From: Oligoflexia bacterium
Lineage (GTDB): Bacteria > Bdellovibrionota > UBA1018
Direction: 5' to 3'
Length of the DNA: 13,886 bases
NCBI GenBank assembly: GCA_043732485.1
Contig: JAYTHP010000106.1
Location: 1-13,886, forward strand
Both the position numbers and the translations under genes were made by a program. The notes below the pieces were generated by a model. It saw only the letters and a program-made list of their open reading frames with translations. It was not told where the DNA came from and ran no database searches. Each line of letters begins with the position of its first letter. The stretch's first letter is position 1. Of this stretch, positions 7,208 to 13,886 are shown piece by piece.

Positions 7208-8541
7208 CGCGCTGTTTGCCCATCGCGCGCGGAGGCCGACTCCAGGTATTGCCCTAACACCAGGCTGGCGTTGGTACCACCAAAGCCGAAGCTATTGGAG
7301 AGCGCGTAACGCAGTTTCTTCTCAACACAGCGCTGGGGTGTAAAATTCAAACCCAGCTGCGCACACTGCGGGTCCAGCTGATCGAGGTTAATGGTCGGGG
7401 GGATGCAATGATCGCGGATAGCGAGCAGAGAAAACAAAGCCTCCAGCGCTCCTGCCGCACCCAGTAGGTGGCCAGTCATCGATTTCGTCGAGCTAATGTG
7501 CAAGTGGTCCGCTGCCCGGGGAAAAAGTCTAGCAATGGCTTGCGCTTCCTCCGTATCGCCCACCGGAGTGGATGTACCATGGGCATTGATGTAACCAATT
7601 TCCTCAGGATTCAAACCGGCATCGGCCAGCGCCGCGGCCATTGCCCGTCTGCCACCTTCCCCAAACGGGGCAGGGGACGTCATGTGATGGGCATCGCCTG
7701 AGAGACCGTAGCCTAAAATTTCTCCCCAGATCGTAGCCCCCCGTTTTTGCGCACACGATAACTCCTCTAACACCAAGACCGCAGCCCCCTCGCCCATCAC
7801 AAAACCATCACGGTCTTGATCAAAGGGGCGGGACGCCGCTTGTGGCCGGTCGTTACGGGTGGAAAGCGCCCGCATAGCGGCAAACCCAGCAATGCCTAAC
7901 TGGCAAATCACCGACTCTGCACCACCGGCAAACATCACGTCGACCGTTCCGTTTTGAATCTGACGAAAAGACTCACCGATGCTGTGAGCACTCGAGGTGC
8001 ACGCGGTGGTGTTACAGAGATTGGGGCCTTTTAAGTTGAGCAAAACACTCAGTTGTCCGGCCGCCATGTTAGGGATCACCTGTGGGATGAAAAAGGGCGT
8101 GACCCGCTTGTAGCCTTTCGCCAGGTAATCCCGGTGCACGGCTTCAATCTCAGGCAATCCCCCCATCCCCACACCAATGTTGACGCCCATGCGAGTGGCG
8201 TCCAGCTCGCTGCGAGCGCGATCCAAGCCTGAGTGCCCGTAGGCTTCCAGGCCCGCCCGTAGCGCAAAGTGCACGAACTTACCGACCTTACGCGCCTCTT
8301 TACTGTTGGCCGCCTGCTGCACCACCAGCTCTGGCGCAGGATGAAAAGGCCCGACGGCGGAGGTGACGTCAAAGTCTTTGACCTCGCCACTGATCAAGAC
8401 AGGACAACCCTGGGTGTCAAAGCTTTGGGTCAATCCAATGCCTGATTCCCCGGCGAGTGCCTTTTTCCATGTGTCAGCGACCGTCAATCCCAAGGGACTG
8501 ATGACGCCTGCTCCGGTAACCACGACGCGTCGTTTCAACAT
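7204..8541 (-). CDS. fabF: Beta-ketoacyl-ACP synthase II
   Basis: RRVVVTG, catalytic TAC, AHGTST, TGHLLGAAG, SNSFGFGGTNASL. Start moved to ATG 8541, which has GGAG (8554-8551) 9 nt upstream. Confidence 0.97.
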   Translation of the reverse strand: MLKRRVVVTGAGVISPLGLTVADTWKKALAGESGIGLTQSFDTQGCPVLISGEVKDFDVTSAVGPFHPAPELVVQQAANSKEARKVGKFVHFALRAGLEAYGHSGLDRARSELDATRMGVNIGVGMGGLPEIEAVHRDYLAKGYKRVTPFFIPQVIPNMAAGQLSVLLNLKGPNLCNTTACTSSAHSIGESFRQIQNGTVDVMFAGGAESVICQLGIAGFAAMRALSTRNDRPQAASRPFDQDRDGFVMGEGAAVLVLEELSCAQKRGATIWGEILGYGLSGDAHHMTSPAPFGEGGRRAMAAALADAGLNPEEIGYINAHGTSTPVGDTEEAQAIARLFPRAADHLHISSTKSMTGHLLGAAGALEALFSLLAIRDHCIPPTINLDQLDPQCAQLGLNFTPQRCVEKKLRYALSNSFGFGGTNASLVLGQYLESASARDGQTAR

Positions 8542-8645
8542 ATTTTTTTTCTCCAGCTTAGATCTACTGACTCGTTTTGTAGCGCTCTTTTGCGGCATCT
8601 CTAATGAGTCATGCGCGACCGCTTCTCTCAGAAAAACTATCCGGT

Positions 8646-8737
8646 CGACCCGAGAGATGATAGAAGCTACGATAGCGGGGACGACGAAGGAACGGCAGAG
8701 GCCGTGCGCTCAGTCGCGCTCTCGGGTCGTTTTTTTT
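8646..8737. repeat. 11-bp perfect inverted repeat enclosing two small hairpins, flanked by T8 on the + strand
   Basis: cgacccgagag (8646-8656) and ctctcgggtcg (8719-8729). Inner hairpins gcta-cga-tagc and acggc-agag-gccgt. T8 at 8730-8737. Confidence 0.75.
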
Positions 8738-8774
8738 CTAGGCTCTCCCTTGGACCCTCCCGTGTCACCCCTCT

Positions 8775-8802
8775 TTTTTAGCTGATCTCACGCCGCTGTC
8801 AA
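8775..8802 (-). promoter_or_regulatory. Candidate internal sigma70 promoter upstream of fabF
   Basis: Minus strand TTGACA (8802-8797), 16-nt spacer, TAAAAA (8780-8775). The -35 is perfect and the -10 is imperfect. Confidence 0.45.
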
Positions 8803-8894
8803 GGGTGCACTTTCTTCGGAGGTTTTAAGCCTGAGACCACAGCCTTACAAAAAAAGCACGCAAGGGACCGCTGTGAGAGCGAAAAAAACCGCAA

Positions 8895-8907
8895 GGCGTC
8901 TGACGCC
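8895..8907. promoter_or_regulatory. 13-bp palindrome GGCGTC-T-GACGCC (operator, or terminator hairpin after acpP)
   Basis: Perfect 6-1-6 dyad. On the minus strand it is followed by ttgcgg and T7. Confidence 0.35.
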
Positions 8908-9005
8908 AGCTCACTCCCGCAACCCCCCTGATCGGGGTGTGTGCTCTGTTTCGTGGGATCTAGATTCTTGCCGAGGGTGTTCTACCACTGCCCACAGGCA
9001 AAAAG

Positions 9006-9248
9006 TTATTGCGCGGCCTTGGAAGTGATATAGGTCATCACATCTCCCACCGTTCGCATTCGCTCGGCGTCTTCGTCGGGGATTTCGAGGTTAAATTCTT
9101 CCTCAAACGTCATGACTAATTCGACAATGTCGAGGCTGTCAGCACCTAGGTCATCGATAAACGAGGCCGCAGGAATGACCTTTTCGCTTTCGACAGCTAA
9201 TTGATCACAAATAATACTCTTTACCTTCTCTTCTACCGCATTCGACAT
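9006..9248 (-). CDS. acpP: Acyl carrier protein
   Basis: [14 protein letters not shown] phosphopantetheine-attachment motif in an acidic 80-aa protein. AGGAG RBS at 9261-9257. Confidence 0.99.
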   Translation of the reverse strand: MSNAVEEKVKSIICDQLAVESEKVIPAASFIDDLGADSLDIVELVMTFEEEFNLEIPDEDAERMRTVGDVMTYITSKAAQ

Positions 9249-9278
9249 TTCTCGATCTCCTTTTTCCCTAAACCAGGG

Positions 9279-10064
9279 TTACATGTACATTCCACCGTTC
9301 ACTCCGATCACTTGGCCTGTGATATACTGGCTGGCCGGAGAGGCGAGGAAGGCAACTAATGAAGCAACATCTTCGGTTGTTCCAAATTTTTCCAGCGAAA
9401 CAGACCGTAGAATTACCTCTTTTTGCTTTTCCGTCAAGGATTCCGTCATTTCTGTTTGAATGTAACCAGGGCTGACCACATTCACCCGAATTTGACGACT
9501 TCCCAACTCGCGAGCAATGCTTTTACTAAAGCCTACCAGGCCTGCCTTCGTCGCCGCGTAAGCACTTTGTCCGGCGTTGCCCATCTCGCCCACCACGGAC
9601 GACAGCTGAATGATGCTGCCTTTTTTTTGCCGCATCATCACCTTACTGACGGCACGGGTACAGTGAATCGCCCCCTTGAGATTAATCGCCAGGAGCCGAT
9701 CAAGATCACTATTTTTGAGGCGAACGAGCAAAGAGTCGATGGAAATTCCAGCATTATTCACTAAAATTGCAAGCGGGCCAAGTCTTTTTTGCAGTTGATC
9801 GATTTTTTCATCGACTTCCTCAGGGTGAGCCACATCAAACTGGCTCAATTCGCCACTGCCTCCCGCTTTCAGAATCTGATCGAGCACTTCTTGCGCCTTG
9901 GCGGTTTGATGACTGTAATTCAGCACCACGTGAAAGCCGTCCCGCGCTAAGCGCTTGGCGATGCTTGCGCCAATGCCTCGGGACGCTCCGGTAACCAGGG
10001 CATTCTCACGGCTAGTGTCTTTGACGGTGGGGGTCGGGGGGGCGTCGTGAAGTGACGTGTTCAT
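9279..10064 (-). CDS. fabG: 3-oxoacyl-ACP reductase
   Basis: TGASRGIG, NNAGI, SSVVG, YAATK, PGYIQTEMT, VNGGMYM. Confidence 0.98.
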   Translation of the reverse strand: MNTSLHDAPPTPTVKDTSRENALVTGASRGIGASIAKRLARDGFHVVLNYSHQTAKAQEVLDQILKAGGSGELSQFDVAHPEEVDEKIDQLQKRLGPLAILVNNAGISIDSLLVRLKNSDLDRLLAINLKGAIHCTRAVSKVMMRQKKGSIIQLSSVVGEMGNAGQSAYAATKAGLVGFSKSIARELGSRQIRVNVVSPGYIQTEMTESLTEKQKEVILRSVSLEKFGTTEDVASLVAFLASPASQYITGQVIGVNGGMYM

Positions 10065-10142
10065 GCTTTTTTCTTCCCTTGGGCTATGGGTTGGCCAGTT
10101 GGACTGGGGTTTGGGGTGGTCTTTTTTTTGTGTTTTAGGTAC

Positions 10143-11240
10143 TCAAGCAAGCGGGCGCCGTCGCCGATCGCTTCCGGTCTGACTCTCGCCGCCCAGCAGA
10201 TCGGGGGGAGCAACGGTCAACCCTCCTGAGCTCAAAAGCTCAAGTTTTTTCAAATCCGCCACCCCTGCCATGCTATGCAACCGAGGTGTGAGTTCCTTGG
10301 AAGGGGCAATTCTTTTGAGTAAACCCTGCAAGACCTTGCCAGGACCAAATTCCACGAAATCGGTGCACCCTTGGGCTAGCATGGCTTGCATTGAGGCGGT
10401 CCACAAGACCGGGTGGTCCATCTGCTCGATGAGCAATTGAAAGACGAGGCCACGATCCTGGCTCGGTCTTCCGGTACGATTAGGGATGTAAGGAAATAAA
10501 GGAGTTTTGGGCTGGGATTCTGGCTGGGCTGCGGCAAACCGCTTGGCCATCTGGGCGCGCGCCTCACTCATTAGCGCACAATGAAACGGGGCACTGACAG
10601 CAAGCGCAATCGCCTTGCCGCCTTTCCATCTTGCGTCAGTTTGCAGCAAGTCGTGAGCAAGCGCCACGGCATCCGCCGAGCCTGAAATGACCACCTGTCC
10701 AGGAGCGTTAAAATTAGCCGGTTCCACCAAAGCCGGAATCGAGAGTGGCGGGTGGGCGGGATTTTTTTGCCGTTGTTGTTGGGCGCTTGTGGTCGCCTGC
10801 TGACACAGCTCATTGATCTGTAAGTCGCTTAATCCCAAAACCGCACTCATGGCGCCTTCGCCTGCGGGTGCAGCTTCTTGCATCACCTCGCCGCGGAATC
10901 GCACCCAGCGCATCGCGTCGTCAAAGCGCAAACTTCCCGCTGCGACTAAAGCCGTGTATTCTCCGAGCGAGTGGCCGGCTACCCCGTCGGGACGAAAGCC
11001 AAACTCTTTTTCGCAAACTCGAAACGCAGCAAGCGAGCTCAGCAGTAAGCAAGGTTGGGTGTTAGACGTCATTTGCAGGTCTTTTTCCGGGCCCTCGAAG
11101 CACAATGTTTTCAAATCACACTGCGTGGCCTCTGAGCCTTCTTCAAAGAGCTCGCGTACGATTTTAAAATTCTCAAAAAGCTCTTTTCCCATGCCAACGC
11201 TCTGGGATCCTTGTCCTGGAAAAGCTGCAAAAAACTTCAT
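10143..11240 (-). CDS. fabD: Malonyl-CoA:ACP transacylase
   Basis: FPGQGSQ, TQP, GHSLGEY (catalytic Ser), AVSAPFHC, EFGPGKVLQGL. GAGGA RBS at 11253-11249. Confidence 0.98.
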   Translation of the reverse strand: MKFFAAFPGQGSQSVGMGKELFENFKIVRELFEEGSEATQCDLKTLCFEGPEKDLQMTSNTQPCLLLSSLAAFRVCEKEFGFRPDGVAGHSLGEYTALVAAGSLRFDDAMRWVRFRGEVMQEAAPAGEGAMSAVLGLSDLQINELCQQATTSAQQQRQKNPAHPPLSIPALVEPANFNAPGQVVISGSADAVALAHDLLQTDARWKGGKAIALAVSAPFHCALMSEARAQMAKRFAAAQPESQPKTPLFPYIPNRTGRPSQDRGLVFQLLIEQMDHPVLWTASMQAMLAQGCTDFVEFGPGKVLQGLLKRIAPSKELTPRLHSMAGVADLKKLELLSSGGLTVAPPDLLGGESQTGSDRRRRPLA

Positions 11241-11266
11241 TTAGATTATCCTCTTAAAAACGAGCT

Positions 11267-11318
11267 AGCAAAGTGGAGCTCAGCCCCCCGGGGTCTAAGC
11301 ACGAACGAAGCAAAGTGG
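11267..11318. repeat. 10-bp direct repeat AGCAAAGTGG, copies 42 bp apart, in the fabH-fabD spacer
   Basis: Copies at 11267-11276 and 11309-11318. Confidence 0.6.
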
Positions 11319-11445
11319 GTCTTTTTTTCTTCTTCTTGCTCAAAACCACAGGTCAAAAAACACAATCTGAGAAAGAGCAGACGATGAGCCTAAGCTGCAG
11401 CAAACCTGCTTTCAAATATTTTCATTTTCTGGTTTCATTGTCTGC

Positions 11446-12459
11446 TTACCAGCGAAACAGCACGGTCCCGCTCGTTAACCCAGCGCCAAAAACATCCAAA
11501 AGCACCAAATGACCAGGCTGGATTCTTTGATCCCTAACGGCCTCATCCAAGGCGGTTGGAACAGTGGCTGAGGAAGTATTGCCATAGTTGGTGATATTAA
11601 CAACGATTTTATCCATTGAGATTTGTAATCGCTTGGCCACTGCTTCAATAATTCTTAAGTTCGCCTGGTGGGGAATAATCCAGTCCACGTCTTGCACGCT
11701 CAGGCCGGCTTTTTCCAGGGTAAGCGTTGCGGCGTCCGCAAGCGTCTTAACCGCGATTTTGAAAATCTCCTTGCCCTTCATCTGCATCTTATGAGTTTGG
11801 TTTTCAAGAATTTCCGGTGTCACCGCCTGGTTTGAGCCCCCGGCTGTGACATGAAATAAGTCCCAAAGATGGCCGTCGGACTGTAAGTGACACGCTAGGA
11901 TTTGACGCTGCGAGCTCGCGCTCACCTGCTCTAAAACCGCAGCTCCTGCGCCGTCTCCAAAAAGAATGCAAGAAGAGCGATCAGACCAATTGGTAATGGA
12001 ACTTAAAATGTCCGCCCCTACGACTAAAGAAGTTTTAACGCTGCCTGAGCGAATAAAAGCGTCTGCCACGCTCAAGCCGTAGACAAAACCAGAACAAGCG
12101 GCATTCAAATCGACTGCCCAGGCACGACTGGCGTTCAGTTTGCTTTGTAACCAGCAAGCGCTGGACGGAATCGGGGTGTCAGGAGTGCAAGTCGCGTAAA
12201 CGATCTGGTCGATGTCTTGCGCCGTTTTTCCCGCCATTTCTAAGGCAGCCGTTGCGGCCAGCAAGGCGAGCGACGAGTTTCGTTCCGCTAAGTTGTCAGG
12301 GTCACTGATGCGACGTTGCGCAATACCGGTTCTTTCCCTAATCCACTCGTCGGACGATTGAATCGAGGAAGCCAACTCATGGTTCGATAAAATCTTCGCC
12401 GGAAAACTAGAGCCGGTTCCAATGATTCGTGCTGCAAAAGCTTGGGTTGAAGAAGTCAT
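11446..12459 (-). CDS. fabH: Beta-ketoacyl-ACP synthase III
   Basis: IIGTGS, WIRERTGI, catalytic AACSGF, LFGDGAGA, PHQAN, GNTSSA, FGAGLT. Start is ATG 12459 or TTG 12474 (uncertain). Confidence 0.97.
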   Translation of the reverse strand: MTSSTQAFAARIIGTGSSFPAKILSNHELASSIQSSDEWIRERTGIAQRRISDPDNLAERNSSLALLAATAALEMAGKTAQDIDQIVYATCTPDTPIPSSACWLQSKLNASRAWAVDLNAACSGFVYGLSVADAFIRSGSVKTSLVVGADILSSITNWSDRSSCILFGDGAGAAVLEQVSASSQRQILACHLQSDGHLWDLFHVTAGGSNQAVTPEILENQTHKMQMKGKEIFKIAVKTLADAATLTLEKAGLSVQDVDWIIPHQANLRIIEAVAKRLQISMDKIVVNITNYGNTSSATVPTALDEAVRDQRIQPGHLVLLDVFGAGLTSGTVLFRW

Positions 12460-12495
12460 CGCCACTGAACTCAAGAGGAGAGCGGTAACACTGGT

Positions 12496-12690
12496 TTAGC
12501 TCTGGGCTCGAAGCGATTGAGCAACCACTTCGCGGCTCTTATAAAAGCCACACTGACACACGCGGTGCGGTCGGGTCGGCTCATTGCAAGAAGGACAGTG
12601 AATTAAGGTAACCTTCTCCATCTGGTTTCCGCTGGCAAAGCGCCTCATGTTTCTGCGGCTTTTTGAAACTTTCTTTTTCGGTACGGCCAT
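12496..12690 (-). CDS. rpmF: 50S ribosomal protein L32
   Basis: MAVPKKKVSKSRRNMRR N-terminus, CPSC...PHRVCQCGFY zinc ribbon, AAGGAG RBS upstream. Confidence 0.98.
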   Translation of the reverse strand: MAVPKKKVSKSRRNMRRFASGNQMEKVTLIHCPSCNEPTRPHRVCQCGFYKSREVVAQSLRAQS

Positions 12691-12758
12691 GGTTCTTTCT
12701 ACTCCTTTTTCTCAGTTTTTTAGGTCTAACTATTTTGCTAGCTTGTAGCTTAACTTGT

Positions 12759-13490
12759 TTAGCTTAACTTAAGGTCGCTTAACACGGAAAAAGCCTGATG
12801 GGCCTTAATCTTTGAGCAAGCACACCGGCCTTGATTCAAGTCTGCGCCGCAATGCGAGCACATCCCCTTACAGTCGTCACGACACAGCGGCTGGAACGGG
12901 ACCTGCAGCTGCAATTGCTCGGTGATCACATCAGTTAACTCAATGTAATCATGAGAAAGATAGGTAATATCCAAATCTTTTCCCGAGGTCACTGCTTCAT
13001 CTTCTTCAAAATTGTGGGCATGTCTGGCAAAGCCTGAGTTTTGTCCTTGTGGACGAGCTGTGGTTGTTGTTGCGCCTGATTTTAGATGGGTCTTTTGGTG
13101 AGAAAGATGAGCAACGCCTGCCATCACAGGGTCTTTGCAAAACAGACCTGAAAAGTTGGGTCGACAATAGAAGGAAAACTGCGCAGCGCAACGGCTGCAT
13201 AAAAGATCAACGTAAGTCTCAATCTGCCCGCTGATCACCACCACTTCGTCTACTTTTCTCAAGGAGACTTGAGTGGTGATTTTTCTCGCTTCTTGTTTTC
13301 CTAAATCGCTCTTGCTCGGCCCAGTGCTGTCAAGCCCCTGCAATTTGTCTTTCCCTTTGTTAGAACTTTCTTCCTGCGAAAAGCTAATCTTTTCATCAAC
13401 TGACGTCACGGCCTTAAGTAACCAGGGGTCTGATTCATTAAAGTTAAGATTTTTCTCAAGATCAGTGATTTCATGTAGATGTATTCGCAT
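12759..13490 (-). CDS. yceD: YceD/DUF177 family protein (23S rRNA accumulation)
   Basis: CSRC, and EQLQLQVPFQPLCRDDCKGMCSHCGADLNQGRCAC, in the canonical position upstream of rpmF. Start placed at ATG 13490 because the upstream in-frame TTG and ATG lie inside the promoter hexamers. Confidence 0.93.
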   Translation of the reverse strand: MRIHLHEITDLEKNLNFNESDPWLLKAVTSVDEKISFSQEESSNKGKDKLQGLDSTGPSKSDLGKQEARKITTQVSLRKVDEVVVISGQIETYVDLLCSRCAAQFSFYCRPNFSGLFCKDPVMAGVAHLSHQKTHLKSGATTTTARPQGQNSGFARHAHNFEEDEAVTSGKDLDITYLSHDYIELTDVITEQLQLQVPFQPLCRDDCKGMCSHCGADLNQGRCACSKIKAHQAFSVLSDLKLS

Positions 13491-13503
13491 GATGAATCTT
13501 GAG

Positions 13504-13532
13504 ATCATAGCGCCAGCCAGAAGATCCGTCAA
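13504..13532 (-). promoter_or_regulatory. Near-consensus sigma70 promoter of the yceD-rpmF-fab cluster
   Basis: Minus strand TTGACG (13532-13527), exactly 17 nt, TATGAT (13509-13504). Both hexamers match consensus at 5 of 6 positions. Confidence 0.8.
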
Positions 13533-13886
13533 ACACTATTTTGGCTTGCGCGGGCTTAGCCCCCACTCAAAGCGAACGGGTTTGCGGGCTTGCATGCCGT
13601 TGGGGCGAAATGGGTTGACGAGGGGCGGTTGGATTTTTGGGCAAACAGACCGTCCACGGCCAAAGCAGGCGGCCGTTTGCGGGAAGAAGAGGCGTGTCGG
13701 AAGGACGAGGGAAGGCCAAGGACGGAAAAGCAAGAGCAAGGCACTGAGAGAAACGACTTCAGTCGCTTTTTAAGCGACCCTGCGCCGAAGTTCACTAAAA
13801 ACTGGGGAAAGGCTGGGCAAGTCGCCTTCATCGAACCCCCTCCAGCCACGAGTCAGCTTTGAGCCTGTTTTCTCAAGTCTCTTGGG

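Noticed and set aside
8542..8598. 19-aa N-terminal extension of FabF from ATG 8598
   Set aside because: ATG 8541 has a well-spaced GGAG and matches the usual FabF start (MLKRRVVVTG).
8646..8729. Resemblance of cgaagga-[hairpin]-ctcag to a glycine riboswitch aptamer, tempting because glyA is nearby
   Set aside because: It is on the strand opposite to glyA, two genes away, and lacks the conserved GGAGA, CCGAAG and CUCUCAGG elements.
7204..12459. KS/AT/KR/ACP genes as a type II polyketide cluster
   Set aside because: Order, motifs and linkage to rpmF and yceD are those of primary fatty-acid synthesis. There is no chain-length factor, cyclase or tailoring gene.
107..13234. Many 60-145 aa ORFs antisense to or out of frame within polA, the LRR gene, glyA and the fab genes
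   Set aside because: They are shadow ORFs overlapping well-supported genes, with no recognisable motifs.
13491..13532. Longer yceD starts at TTG 13532 or ATG 13508
   Set aside because: These codons coincide with the -35 and -10 hexamers of a near-consensus promoter.
13273..13862. ORFs 13273-13773(+), 13590-13862(+), 13536-13739(-) and 13556-13849(-)
   Set aside because: They overlap each other, yceD or its promoter, have biased composition and show no recognisable domain. None can be supported.

Overview
Bacterial chromosomal window, mostly housekeeping genes. Gene order suggests a deltaproteobacterial-type lineage such as Bdellovibrionota or Myxococcota (inference). The + strand carries the 3' part of polA, followed by a eukaryote-like leucine-rich-repeat gene. 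The - strand carries a long cluster: yceD(DUF177)-rpmF-fabH-fabD-fabG-acpP-fabF-rpiB-glyA-nusB, an M17-peptidase-N-terminal-like gene, and two overlapping orphan ORFs. The most notable element is the LRR gene (about 1799-3313). It has a signal-peptide-like N-terminus, a G12 tract whose +/-1 slippage would truncate the protein, an F-box-like motif and about 10 RI/NLR-like LRRs, so it is a candidate phase-variable, secreted ubiquitin-ligase-adaptor effector. plsX and the nrdR/rib block are absent from their usual positions. A near-consensus promoter implies an almost leaderless yceD mRNA, and the long acpP-fabF spacer has its own candidate promoter and a structured element. No rRNA, tRNA, CRISPR array or mobile element was seen. 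All family assignments come from motif recognition by eye; no searches were run.
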